Shown here: positions 1 to 11,210 of the stretch, piece by piece
Layout of the letters: every line of letters begins with the position of its first letter
How positions within the stretch are numbered: position 1 is the stretch's first letter
NCBI GenBank assembly: GCA_964573245.1
Contig: CAZNJA010000023.1
Coordinates: forward strand, 1-19,166
DNA from: an uncultured bacterium
GTDB lineage: Bacteria > CAIJMQ01
Direction: 5' to 3'
Length of the DNA stretch: 19,166 nucleotides
Notes under the pieces: generated by a model
The model's database searches: none
The model's input: the letters and a program-made list of their open reading frames with translations, nothing else
Told to the model about the DNA's origin: nothing
Made by a program: the position numbers and the translations under genes

Positions 1-1
1 T

Positions 2-89
2 GGAGAGGTGGCTGAGCGGCCGAAAGCGCGCGCTTGGAGAGCGTGTATACCGCAAGGTATCCAGGGTTCGAATCCCTGCCTCTCCGCCA
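2..89 (+). tRNA. tRNA-Ser(GGA)
   Basis: Acceptor stem GGAGAGG (2-8)/CCTCTCC (79-85), discriminator G86, encoded CCA 87-89. Anticodon stem CGCGC/GCGTG with loop TT-GGA-GA (anticodon 36-38). Long variable arm ATACC-GCAA-GGTAT; T-arm CAGGG-TTCGAAT-CCCTG. Confidence 0.97.
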
Positions 90-171
90 CTTTTTGCATT
101 GCAAAAAGTGGCGAGACTTCGACATCTCGCCACCAAAGGTGGCGGATGACGAGTCCGCCGCGAGATCTCGC
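85..171. repeat. Chain of interlocking inverted repeats (REP-like palindromes) directly after the tRNA 3' end
   Basis: CGCCACTTTTTGCA (85-98)/TGCAAAAAGTGGCG (100-113) perfect 14 bp; GTGGCGAGA (108-116)/TCTCGCCAC (125-133); CGCCACC (128-134)/GGTGGCG (138-144); GGCGGA (141-146)/TCCGCC (154-159); palindrome GCGAGATCTCGC (160-171). Confidence 0.85.
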
Positions 172-233
172 CTCTACAATTTGCTTTGTAAATTTGAGGG
201 TGGGTCCGGCCCTGCAAACGTGAGATAATAAGT

Positions 234-479
234 ATGCATTATGTTTACATTTTGCTGAATGAATCAAAGACACGAACATATACTGGCGTTACCGACAACA
301 TCGAGAAACGTTTAGCAGAACACAATGCTGGACGAGTAAAGTCTTCACGTCCGTATCGTCCTTATAAAATAATACACAGTGAGTTATTAAAAACATTAAG
401 TGAAGCTCGCCAGAAAGAAAAGTTTTATAAATTCACGATAGGGCGTAGAAGATTAAAGGAGACGCTTTTTAAGTCTTGA
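234..479 (+). CDS. Short stand-alone GIY-YIG nuclease family protein
   Basis: 81 aa with YVYIL...YTGVT.NIEKRL.EHN.G motif and C-terminal A...EK, giving the Y/Y/R/H/E residue set of the minimal GIY-YIG domain. Confidence 0.9.
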   Translation: MHYVYILLNESKTRTYTGVTDNIEKRLAEHNAGRVKSSRPYRPYKIIHSELLKTLSEARQKEKFYKFTIGRRRLKETLFKS

Positions 480-545
480 GTTGCTATCTAAATTTTAAAT
501 AGAAAACTTAGCAAGGAGAACAAAACTTATAGGGTGGCACGAGCA

Positions 546-1883
546 ATGCGTAATACAATAGAAAAATTCTTCAAACTCAAAGAATTAAACACCAATATCC
601 GCACGGAAGTCATCGCAGGTATAACTACTTTTATGGCGATGGCTTACATCATTTTCGTCAATCCTGCCATGCTTTCTCAAACGGGCATGGATTTCAACGC
701 CGCGATGGTAGCAACTTGCATTTCTGCGGCAGTCGCTACGATTATGATGGGATTATATGCCAATTATCCAATCGCTCTTGCTCCTGGGATGGGACAGAAC
801 GCTTTTTTCACTTATACAGTTTGTCTTGCAATGGGGATTTCCTGGCAGGTTGCTTTGGGCGCCGTTTTTATCGAAGGAATTCTTTTTATTATTCTTACCG
901 CAACGAAAGCAAGGCAGGCGATTATAGAAGCAATACCTAGTTGTATCAGATATGGCACCGCCTGTGGAATAGGACTGCTTATTGCGTTTATCGGACTTAT
1001 TGATGCAGGCGTAATTGTTTCTGCTCCGGCGACTTTGGTTACATTGGGCGATGTAACCAGTCCTGCGACGCTTTTGGCTCTGTTTGGGCTTATCGTCACA
1101 GGCGTGCTTTTAATCAAAAACATAAAAGGCGCGATACTTTGGGGAATACTCGTCACCGCGGCGGCAGGCATCCCTTTTGGCATCGTCAAATATCAGGGTT
1201 TTATATCGCGTCCGCCATCTATGATGCCAACATTTTTGCAGATGGACATTTTAGGTGCGCTTAATTGGGGGCTTTTATCAATTATATTCGTATTTTTGTT
1301 CATGGATATCTTCGATACCGTCGGGACATTGGCGGGAGTTGCTGAATTGGGGGGGTTCATGAGGCAAGGCAAACTTCCCCGCGCAGGAAAGGCGATGATG
1401 TCCGACGCTGTAGGAACTTGTGTCGGAGCTATGTGCGGAACGCCGACGGTAACCAGCTACATCGAAAGCGCTGCTGGTATATCAAGCGGCGGCCGTTCGG
1501 GGTTGGCAAATGTTATTACGGGTCTTGCGTTTTTGGCAGCGCTGTTTTTTTCGCCGTTGGTGCAGATGATAGGCGGAGGTTATCAGATGGCCGCAGGGGC
1601 ATCATTAAGGCCTATTACGGCGCCCGCGCTGATTCTCGTCGGGAGTATGATGCTTCGTTCGATTGTAAACATTGATTGGAAAGACTATAGCAATTCTATT
1701 CCTGCGTTTTTGGTAATTTTGGTTATGCCTCTTACTTTTAGTATTGCCACGGGCATAGCCGTTGGTTTTATCAGTTATTCCGCGCTAAAACTCTTTACGG
1801 GTCAAGGCAAAAAAGTTTCTTGGCTTGTATATCTTCTTGCTGCATTGTTTATTTTAAGATTTTTATATCTAAAGGCATTATAA
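546..1883 (+). CDS. NCS2 family (AzgA/PbuG-like) purine permease
   Basis: TEVIAGITTFMAMAYIIFVNP, PIALAPGMG, DIFDTVGTL, TSYIESAAG..GGRSG and MPLTFSIA.G motifs with many TM helices. ATG at 546 is preferred over GTG at 534; the start is uncertain. Confidence 0.93.
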   Translation: MRNTIEKFFKLKELNTNIRTEVIAGITTFMAMAYIIFVNPAMLSQTGMDFNAAMVATCISAAVATIMMGLYANYPIALAPGMGQNAFFTYTVCLAMGISWQVALGAVFIEGILFIILTATKARQAIIEAIPSCIRYGTACGIGLLIAFIGLIDAGVIVSAPATLVTLGDVTSPATLLALFGLIVTGVLLIKNIKGAILWGILVTAAAGIPFGIVKYQGFISRPPSMMPTFLQMDILGALNWGLLSIIFVFLFMDIFDTVGTLAGVAELGGFMRQGKLPRAGKAMMSDAVGTCVGAMCGTPTVTSYIESAAGISSGGRSGLANVITGLAFLAALFFSPLVQMIGGGYQMAAGASLRPITAPALILVGSMMLRSIVNIDWKDYSNSIPAFLVILVMPLTFSIATGIAVGFISYSALKLFTGQGKKVSWLVYLLAALFILRFLYLKAL

Positions 1884-2016
1884 TGCGAAAAATAACTGAT
1901 AAATTCTATTATTCCACAACGTAAATTTTTATGAGCCAAAACTTCGAACATAACAACAGCAGCTTTTCCGAGGTGGACACTGTGTCCCAAAGATAGGTTC
2001 CGCGAGGTGCTTTATA

Positions 2017-3117
2017 ATGACAAACAATAAAAGAATTTTACTTCTTTTTTTATTAGTTTCGCTGACTCTTCCGTTAAAAGCATCTACTCAAGTCCGATTA
2101 AAAGACGTTAGATACAACAGCCGACCGGACAAAACTCGAATAGTCATAGAAATTGACAGAATATCCCGATACAGAGCAAAGAGAAGTTCTTCTGGCGCTA
2201 TTTTATTAAGTATTCCCGAACTAAAAACCACGCTTAACCAAAACCGCTGGGACGTTAATGACGGATTGATCAAAAATATCTCTTACAGCCGCTCTCAAAT
2301 TACAATTAATTTAGAAAAGTCGCCTGCCGAGTATCATGTTTCTTCTCTGCGCAACCCCCCTCGCGTTATCATAGATATATCGGGAAAAACTTCCATCGCC
2401 CCGATAGAACAAATAACCTCCGTTTTTCTAAAAACTGTTGTGATTGACGCCGGGCACGGCGGAAAAGATGCGGGGGCGATAGGTCCAACCGGTTTAATGG
2501 AAAAAACGGTTACACTTGATATAGCAAAAAGATTGAGAGAAATTTTAAAAAGCCAGGGCATAAGAGTTGTTTTAACCAGAGACAAAGACGAGTTCGCCTC
2601 CCTGCAAAGAAGAGTCGTGCTCGCAAATAGTTCCAATGCAGACTTGTTCCTGTCAATTCATTGCAATTCGGCTTTTTCCTCCAAGGCGCAGGGCTTTGAG
2701 AGTTATTTTTTGTCTCCTGCAACCGATGACCTTGCAAGAGCAGTAGAAGCAGTAGAAAATTCTGTGCTTATGATGGAACCGCACCACTCCAACAAAAACA
2801 AAAAACTTTTAACAATACTAGCCGATTTGACCTATACCGAATATAGAAAAGAGAGTAAAATGCTGGCAGAAATAATTCAATCTAATTTGGACGGGGTTTT
2901 TTCTACGCCGAACAGGGGTGTTAAATCCGCGCTCTTTTACGTGCTTAAAGGGATTGAATCGCCTGCTGTGCTGGTAGAACTTGGATTTATAAATAATTTC
3001 GAAGAAGAAAGGCTTTTTAGAAATGGCAGACACAGGCAACTCCTGGCAGAGAACTTAGCAGAAAGTGTTTTGCAATTCAAAAAAGCGTTTGACTTAAGCG
3101 CAGGTTTCACAAAATAA
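2017..3117 (+). CDS. N-acetylmuramoyl-L-alanine amidase (Amidase_3) with signal peptide and AMIN-like domain (AmiC-like)
   Basis: N-terminal signal peptide; AMIN-like TRIVIE...LRNPPRVIIDI; catalytic VVIDAGHGGKD.GA, EK, FLSIHCN and PAVLVELGFI motifs. Confidence 0.92.
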   Translation: MTNNKRILLLFLLVSLTLPLKASTQVRLKDVRYNSRPDKTRIVIEIDRISRYRAKRSSSGAILLSIPELKTTLNQNRWDVNDGLIKNISYSRSQITINLEKSPAEYHVSSLRNPPRVIIDISGKTSIAPIEQITSVFLKTVVIDAGHGGKDAGAIGPTGLMEKTVTLDIAKRLREILKSQGIRVVLTRDKDEFASLQRRVVLANSSNADLFLSIHCNSAFSSKAQGFESYFLSPATDDLARAVEAVENSVLMMEPHHSNKNKKLLTILADLTYTEYRKESKMLAEIIQSNLDGVFSTPNRGVKSALFYVLKGIESPAVLVELGFINNFEEERLFRNGRHRQLLAENLAESVLQFKKAFDLSAGFTK

Positions 3118-3124
3118 TTTAAAC

Positions 3125-4018
3125 ATGAATACAATCCAAAATCCGCAATCCGCAATCTCCGAAGGAGTCCGACACTCGTCCTCTTCGGAGTCGTCGAACC
3201 GCAATCGCAACAGCCCCATAGGCATGTTCGATTCCGGCGTGGGCGGCTTGACTCTCTTAAAAAGTATAAAACGAATTCTTCCAAACGAGCAAATAATATA
3301 TTTTGGAGACACCGCGCATCTTCCTTACGGAACAAAGTCTGCAAATGTTATTAAAAACTTTTCCCTTCAAATTGCGGATTTCCTGGAAAAACAAGGAGTA
3401 AAAGCCTTACTAGTTGCCTGCCACAGCGCTTCTTCAACGGCCCTGTCGGATTTAAAGAAAAAGTTTAAAATACCCGTACTTGGAGTTATAGAGGCGTCAG
3501 CACAAAAAGCGATAACAATAACAAAAAACAATAAAATCGGCGTTATAGGCACAACGACAACTATTAAAAGCAACAGTTATCAGTCTTTTATACAAAAGGC
3601 AAATCCTAAAATAACTTTAATTAGTGTCGCAGCGCCTCTTTTGGTCCCCCTTATCGAAGAAGGCTGGAGTAAGAAGGGTGTTATGTCGCGTATTCTAAAA
3701 GAATATGTTGCGCCTTTTAAGAAAGCCTATATAGACACTCTTATTCTCGGATGCACTCATTACCCTTTAATAAAACGGCTTTTTCGTAAGGAACTTGGTT
3801 CAAGCGTAACGTTGGTAGATGCTTCGATAGAGACAGCGCTCTGCTTTAAAAAACTCCTTACAGAAAAAAAGTTGTTAAATGATAGCGGCAGTTCTTCGCC
3901 TAATTATAGTTTTTACGTAAGTGATGACCCGGATAAATTCTCCCAATTAGCCAAGCTCTTTCTGGGTGAAAAAATCCAAGCGGTAAAACCCGTATCTTTA
4001 GAAAAATGGCATTATTGA
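3125..4018 (+). CDS. murI: Glutamate racemase with a repeat-derived N-terminal extension
   Basis: PIGMFDSGVGGLT, YFGDTAHLPYGTKS, VACHSAS and LILGCTHYP catalytic motifs. The first ~30 aa are atypical. Confidence 0.96.
   Translation: MNTIQNPQSAISEGVRHSSSSESSNRNRNSPIGMFDSGVGGLTLLKSIKRILPNEQIIYFGDTAHLPYGTKSANVIKNFSLQIADFLEKQGVKALLVACHSASSTALSDLKKKFKIPVLGVIEASAQKAITITKNNKIGVIGTTTTIKSNSYQSFIQKANPKITLISVAAPLLVPLIEEGWSKKGVMSRILKEYVAPFKKAYIDTLILGCTHYPLIKRLFRKELGSSVTLVDASIETALCFKKLLTEKKLLNDSGSSSPNYSFYVSDDPDKFSQLAKLFLGEKIQAVKPVSLEKWHY
3133..3211. repeat. AATCCGC heptamer tract interrupted by a palindromic element, within the murI 5' end
   Basis: AATCCAA-AATCCGC-AATCCGC-AATC (3133-3157), inverted repeat CTCCGAAG (3157-3164)/CTTCGGAG (3183-3190), then degenerate resumption AACCGC-AATCGC-AAC. 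Confidence 0.7.
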
Positions 4019-4100
4019 CCTATATAATTTTTATCCGCTCCCTGCGTCCTGCGTATTTTAAAACCGATAGGCGTAAGGCAAGCGTTTAATCTCCATGCAC

Positions 4101-4129
4101 TTGAAAACATCTTACTATTAGAGTAAAAT
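4101..4129 (+). promoter_or_regulatory. Putative sigma70 promoter upstream of dnaA
   Basis: TTGAAA (4101-4106), 17-nt spacer, TAAAAT (4124-4129). Confidence 0.55.
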
Positions 4130-4220
4130 AAGAGTAAATAGGTCGCCCCATCGTTCATTTTAAGATATTATTTTTTAGATAATAACGTAAACCAGTATGC
4201 CTAAAAAGGAAAGGAATTAT

Positions 4221-4375
4221 TGTGGACAAGTTGTTGGAAGTTATCCGCTTCCTGAAAATTTTACCTGCCAAGCAAAAACCAAAACAAGGTTGCGTCGGCA
4301 GCGCTCGCTTTATGCAGGCGCTTGCATCGCCGACTCTTGATAAGTCATTATTTAGTGTGGATAACCTGTGAATAA
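4221..4375. promoter_or_regulatory. DnaA-box cluster upstream of dnaA (oriC sub-region or autoregulation site)
   Basis: TGTGGATAA perfect (4356-4364), TGTGAATAA (4367-4375), TGTGGACAA (4221-4229), TTATCCGCT (4241-4249, with another copy at 4031-4039). Confidence 0.8.
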
Positions 4376-4387
4376 AAAGGGTGGAGA

Positions 4388-5734
4388 ATGAGCATATCTG
4401 AAGAAAATAGTGTCTGGGATAAGGTCTTGTTTGCAATAAAAGGTCAAGTCGACGAGAAAAGTTTTAATATGTGGTTCAAACCACTCAAATTTATGTCGGC
4501 GAAAGGAGACGTCTTAAACATTGAAGCGCCCTCCCAATTGTTCGCTGATTGGATTCATAAAAATTATAAGGAAATAATAGACAAGGGACTGTCTTCTGTT
4601 GCGGACCAGAAAATAAAATTAGAATTTTCCATATGCCACGAAGCTAAGGGGAAGCAAAAGGTAAAAAAACAAGGCCCTTCGCTTTTCGAAAGACACGATA
4701 CCGGTTTTTCCGTTAGACTTAATCCTAACTATACTTTTGATAAGTTTGTCGTGGGTGGCGGGAATCAGTTTGCTCATGCCGCGGCAATGGCCGTAGCCAA
4801 TTCTCCCGGCAAAGCCTATAACCCTTTCTTTATTTACGGCGGCGTGGGTTTGGGGAAAACACACCTCATGCAGGCTATCGGCAACGAACTTATCTGTAAG
4901 CACGGGGATAAAAACATTCAATATATTTCCAGCGAAAAATTCACCAATCAGTTAATCGGCGCAATACAAAACAGGACAACCGAAAGATTTCGTAAGAATT
5001 ACCGCTCTTTGGGCGTGCTCTTAATCGACGACATCCATTTTATCGCAGGCAAAGAGAGCACCGAAGCAGAGTTTTTTCACACGTTTAACGAACTTTACGA
5101 TGCTCACAAGCAAATTGTGGTTTCAAGCGACCGGCCGCCGCAAGAAATTCCCACACTGGAAAAGCGGCTTATGTCTCGATTTCGCTGGGGGTTGGTTGCG
5201 GATATCCAGCCTGCGGATTTTGAAACAAGAATGGCAATTCTACAGAAAAAAGCGGCGTTTTATGGGTACAATGTGCCAGAAGAAGTGCTCTCTTATATCT
5301 GTTCGGGGATTACGGCAAATATAAGAGAGTTGGAAGGTGCTTTAATAAGAGTAGTTGCTTACTCGTCTTTAAACGGGAAGAGCTTAAACCTGGGAGTCGC
5401 CAAAGAGCTTTTAAAAGATTTGATAGAGGTTAGCGAATTTAAAAAACCAATAACCATTGATTTAATTAAAGAGGAGGTTAGCAAGGCTTTTAATATAAAG
5501 GTTTCGGAGATGAATTCAAAAAAAAGAGACAGAGCAATTGTTTACCCACGCCAGATTGCAATGTATTTAGTAAGGGAACTTACCGATTTTTCGTTGCCCG
5601 GTATAGGTTATAATTTCGGGGGAAGAGATCATACAACCGTAATTCATGCTTGCAACACAATAAAAACAAGAAAGAAAGCGGATAAGAACCTTAACCAAAT
5701 GATAGACCAGATAGTACAAAACATAAAGTGTTGA
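4388..5734 (+). CDS. dnaA: Chromosomal replication initiator DnaA
   Basis: LNPNYTFDKFVVG, YNPFFIYGGVGLGKTHL (Walker A), LLIDDIHF (Walker B), RELEGAL and domain IV GGRDHTTVIHA. Confidence 0.99.
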   Translation: MSISEENSVWDKVLFAIKGQVDEKSFNMWFKPLKFMSAKGDVLNIEAPSQLFADWIHKNYKEIIDKGLSSVADQKIKLEFSICHEAKGKQKVKKQGPSLFERHDTGFSVRLNPNYTFDKFVVGGGNQFAHAAAMAVANSPGKAYNPFFIYGGVGLGKTHLMQAIGNELICKHGDKNIQYISSEKFTNQLIGAIQNRTTERFRKNYRSLGVLLIDDIHFIAGKESTEAEFFHTFNELYDAHKQIVVSSDRPPQEIPTLEKRLMSRFRWGLVADIQPADFETRMAILQKKAAFYGYNVPEEVLSYICSGITANIRELEGALIRVVAYSSLNGKSLNLGVAKELLKDLIEVSEFKKPITIDLIKEEVSKAFNIKVSEMNSKKRDRAIVYPRQIAMYLVRELTDFSLPGIGYNFGGRDHTTVIHACNTIKTRKKADKNLNQMIDQIVQNIKC

Positions 5735-5958
5735 ATATATTAAAAATACTATTATTAACTATAATGGGGATACTGTGGATAATTAAAGTTTCTCTCCACA
5801 GAAAAACATTGAAGTTAACATTATTAAAAATAAGGAATTACGGCTTTTTCCCTTGTATAAACAACACCTACTAAGATGAAGACGTTTTTAGTATATAAGG
5901 TACTAAGAATAATAAACAGGTTTTATTAAATAAAAAAGAAATAAAACAAGGAGGAAAA
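5735..5958. promoter_or_regulatory. Putative oriC sub-region in the dnaA-dnaN spacer with DnaA boxes and AT-rich unwinding region
   Basis: Perfect TGTGGATAA (5774-5782); degenerate boxes TGGGGATAC (5765-5773), CTCTCCACA (5792-5800) and GTATAAACA (5855-5863), the last followed by CTACTA (5868-5873, DnaA-trio-like) and a very AT-rich tract. Confidence 0.7.
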
Positions 5959-7083
5959 ATGAGAATTAAAACAACACAAAATGACTTATTTAAGAGCCTG
6001 CAAATTATCCAAGGAGTCATATCTATAAGAACAACATTACCAATTCTTTCATATGTTCTACTCTCAACTAAAAACGGGAAAATATCTTTATTTAGCACAG
6101 ACTTGGAAGCGGGAATTAAATGTGACGTCTCAGGAGAAATCATAGAAGAAGGAACAATAGCCCTGCCCGGCAAAAGAGTGTTGGAATTAACAAGAGAGTT
6201 TCCAAAAGGAGAAATCGAAATCTCCACAGAGAAGAACACAACGACTATAAAATGCGCCAAAACACGCGTGCGGATCAACGCGCTCCCACCCGACGACTTC
6301 CCTGGTTTTCCGGAAATCGTAGGGCAGAAGATAAACATGAAAGGGGATATATTAAAATCAATGATTCAGAAAACACTTCTTGCTGTCTCGAAAGAAGAAA
6401 GCCGGTATACTTTAACGGGCGTATATTTATTGATAAAAGGCGACAGTTTAGAAATGGTCGGAACAGACGGAAGACGGCTTTCTTTAATAGAAGAAACCCT
6501 TAAAAAGGATGCCGTAAAACAAAAGAAAAGTTGTATTTTACCTATGAAGACGTGCAACGAAATTATGAGAATAATAACAGACGAGAACCTGGTCTTGACC
6601 CTAGGAGAAAAGCAGGTGAATTTCGTCCAAACCCGCCAGACAAAAACAAAAGAAGATGAGCAGGAAAGCGTTTCCCTTACATCGCGATTAATAGAGGGCG
6701 AGTTTCCAGATTATAACAAGGTTATTCCCAAAGGCTTCCAGCAAAAACTTATGATTAACAGACAAGAATTAATAGAAGCTGTTACAAGGGCCTACATTTT
6801 GACAAAGGAAAAGGGCGGCCCAGTAAAGCTTGATGTCAAGAAAGACGCCATAGTCGTCAGCTCCAACGTATCCGAAGTTGGGGAATCATCCGAACAGATA
6901 ACGGTTAAAAACGGAGAAAAAGAGATGCAGATAGCGTTCGACCCCGAGTATATGTTGGATATTTTAAAAGTTATAGACAGCAAGGATGTTTTGTTGGGAT
7001 TGAATTCTTCAAAAGAGGCCGCGCTATTCAGGCCCATGGACAACGAAAGGTTTGTGTACGTTTTAATGCCGATGGAGACATAA
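5959..7083 (+). CDS. dnaN: DNA polymerase III beta sliding clamp
   Basis: TLPILS, TDLE, SRYTLTGV, GTDGRRL, SRLIEGEFPDYNKVIP and C-terminal YVLMPM motifs; AAGGAGG RBS; follows dnaA. Confidence 0.98.
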   Translation: MRIKTTQNDLFKSLQIIQGVISIRTTLPILSYVLLSTKNGKISLFSTDLEAGIKCDVSGEIIEEGTIALPGKRVLELTREFPKGEIEISTEKNTTTIKCAKTRVRINALPPDDFPGFPEIVGQKINMKGDILKSMIQKTLLAVSKEESRYTLTGVYLLIKGDSLEMVGTDGRRLSLIEETLKKDAVKQKKSCILPMKTCNEIMRIITDENLVLTLGEKQVNFVQTRQTKTKEDEQESVSLTSRLIEGEFPDYNKVIPKGFQQKLMINRQELIEAVTRAYILTKEKGGPVKLDVKKDAIVVSSNVSEVGESSEQITVKNGEKEMQIAFDPEYMLDILKVIDSKDVLLGLNSSKEAALFRPMDNERFVYVLMPMET

Positions 7084-7084
7084 G

Positions 7085-7396
7085 ATGGCTAAAAAGGGAC
7101 CGGAGCCTCTAAATAAAATATTAGAGAAGGTTTTAGGAAAAATACAGAGACAAAAGGAAGAAAGGGCAAGAATTTCTAATGTTTTAGACCAACTTAATTT
7201 GATTTTTGGGAAAAAGGTAAGTTCTCACGTCAAACCGCTTAGAATTTACAAAAAAAGGCTTATTATTATAGTCAATGCCCCGGTTTATTTACAGGAACTA
7301 CTGTTTAAGAAAGAAAAAATAATAGAAGCGGTAAACCGAACTTTTAACAAAGAGGCGATAGAAGATATTAGCTTTAGGGTGGGCGAATCTCGTTAG
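7085..7396 (+). CDS. DUF721 / DciA-like helicase-loader family protein
   Basis: 103 aa with N-terminal PEPL..IL, H.KP......L.I.V....YLQEL..K..II..VN and I.FRVG pattern; located between dnaN and gyrB, a typical DUF721 position. Confidence 0.75.
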   Translation: MAKKGPEPLNKILEKVLGKIQRQKEERARISNVLDQLNLIFGKKVSSHVKPLRIYKKRLIIIVNAPVYLQELLFKKEKIIEAVNRTFNKEAIEDISFRVGESR

Positions 7397-7461
7397 GCGT
7401 ATATGCTTTAACGTCTCGCGTATTGTTAGAACCACCTCTAATAGGATTGAAGCATGAATAA

Positions 7462-9981
<2,520 letters not shown>

Positions 9982-10035
9982 GAAAACAATCAAAGACCAA
10001 AGAGAAGTTTTCTGTTAAAATTATTCGACTTCGTT

Positions 10036-10122
10036 GCCGGAATGGCGGAATTGGCAGACGCGCTGGATTCAAAATCCAGTGGACATTGAAAGTCCGTGTG
10101 GGTTCAACTCCCACCTCCGGCA
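10036..10122 (+). tRNA. tRNA-Leu(CAA)
   Basis: Acceptor GCCGGAA/CTCCGGC with discriminator A10122 (CCA not encoded); D-arm GGCGGAATTGGCAGACGC; anticodon arm CTGGA-TTCAAAA-TCCAG (CAA 10070-10072); variable arm GGAC...GTCC; T-arm GTGGG-TTCAACT-CCCAC. Confidence 0.95.
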
Positions 10123-10179
10123 CCCTTAAAACAAATAATAGCAGAGAGAGAGGCTATAATTCTTACTATTTATTCTTTG

Positions 10180-11196
10180 TTATTTTGAAGAGCGGGAACG
10201 AGAACTTCCTCTGCCTTTTTGTTGTTGCCCGAAAATCATTCTTCCCGCCGAAGTTTGTAAAACCGAAGTTACTTCTACGGTCAATTCTTCGCCGATCAAG
10301 CCACGCGCATTTTCCACCACGACCATCGTTCCATCATCCAGATATGCTATCCCTTGGTTGGGCTCTTTGCCTTCTTTGACTATTCTTATCTTTAATTCTT
10401 CGCTTGGCAGAATTACCGGTTTTAATGCGTTAGCCAATTCGTTTGTATTCAAGACGGCCACTCCCTGCAATTTAGCTATTTTATTTAGGTTGTAGTCGTT
10501 TGTAACAATTATTCCGGTTAAAGTTTTTGCCAATTGTATAAGTTTTGAATCGACTTCTCTTATGTCTGGGAAATCCTTTTCTTCAATCACAACTTCCAAA
10601 GAGCCGCTTTTTTGCATTCTATTGAGAATATCCAATCCGCGTCTTCCTCTTTTTCTTCTTAAAGGAATAGTCGAGTCGGCTATTTTTTGAAGTTCGTTTA
10701 ATATAAACTTGGGTATTACTATTACTCCTTCAAGAAAGCCCGTTTCCGCGATATCCGCAATGCGTCCGTCTATTATCACGGAGGTGTCTAATATTTTCCA
10801 TTTTTTCTCTTCATCCCGAGAAAGCTGCGGAAGAACAACTTTAAATTCTTCTCTTTTTCGCCAAGAGACCATCATTCCCAAGTATCCCAAAGCCAAAGCA
10901 ATTCCCACTCTTAAAATAATAGACACTTCGGGAGTGAAGGGAAAACTTAAAACAGTGCTTGTAATTAAATTAGCTAAAACAAGTCCTATTATCAAACCTA
11001 TTGAGCCGGCAACCAACCCTTTCGGGGGGGTTTTTCTTAATCCCCACTCAAGAAACAAAATAGCTGTTGCCCATGCAGCTCCCCAGAGCACGCCCCAAAC
11101 GTCAGGCTGAAAAATATTACCGAATCCCTCTGCGAAATACGCGCCTGTTACTATGCAGAAAACCGCAAAAAGAACACGAATTATAATTGCGAACAT
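10180..11196 (-). CDS. PIN/TRAM domain membrane protein (YacL-like)
   Basis: N-terminal TM helices; PIN motifs [27 protein letters not shown] and [32 protein letters not shown]...[14 protein letters not shown]; downstream of radA as in Bacillus. Confidence 0.93.
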   Translation of the reverse strand: MFAIIIRVLFAVFCIVTGAYFAEGFGNIFQPDVWGVLWGAAWATAILFLEWGLRKTPPKGLVAGSIGLIIGLVLANLITSTVLSFPFTPEVSIILRVGIALALGYLGMMVSWRKREEFKVVLPQLSRDEEKKWKILDTSVIIDGRIADIAETGFLEGVIVIPKFILNELQKIADSTIPLRRKRGRRGLDILNRMQKSGSLEVVIEEKDFPDIREVDSKLIQLAKTLTGIIVTNDYNLNKIAKLQGVAVLNTNELANALKPVILPSEELKIRIVKEGKEPNQGIAYLDDGTMVVVENARGLIGEELTVEVTSVLQTSAGRMIFGQQQKGRGSSRSRSSK

Positions 11197-11210
11197 AATA
11201 TCACCTCACT

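Noticed and set aside
8-228. ORFs 8..223 and 34..228
   Set aside because: They overlap tRNA-Ser and the palindrome chain and show no protein features.
85-230. CRISPR array or IS terminal inverted repeats
   Set aside because: No regularly spaced direct repeats with spacers, no cas or transposase gene; the repeats are short local inverted pairs.
480-545. Purine riboswitch upstream of the NCS2 permease
   Set aside because: The spacer is short and lacks the purine aptamer consensus.
1910-1918. TATTCCACA as a DnaA box
   Set aside because: Isolated two-mismatch match in AT-rich DNA, expected by chance.
4155-4436. Minus-strand 93-aa ORF upstream of dnaA, considered as possible rpmH
   Set aside because: No MKRT.QP L34 motif; it overlaps the DnaA boxes and the dnaA start.
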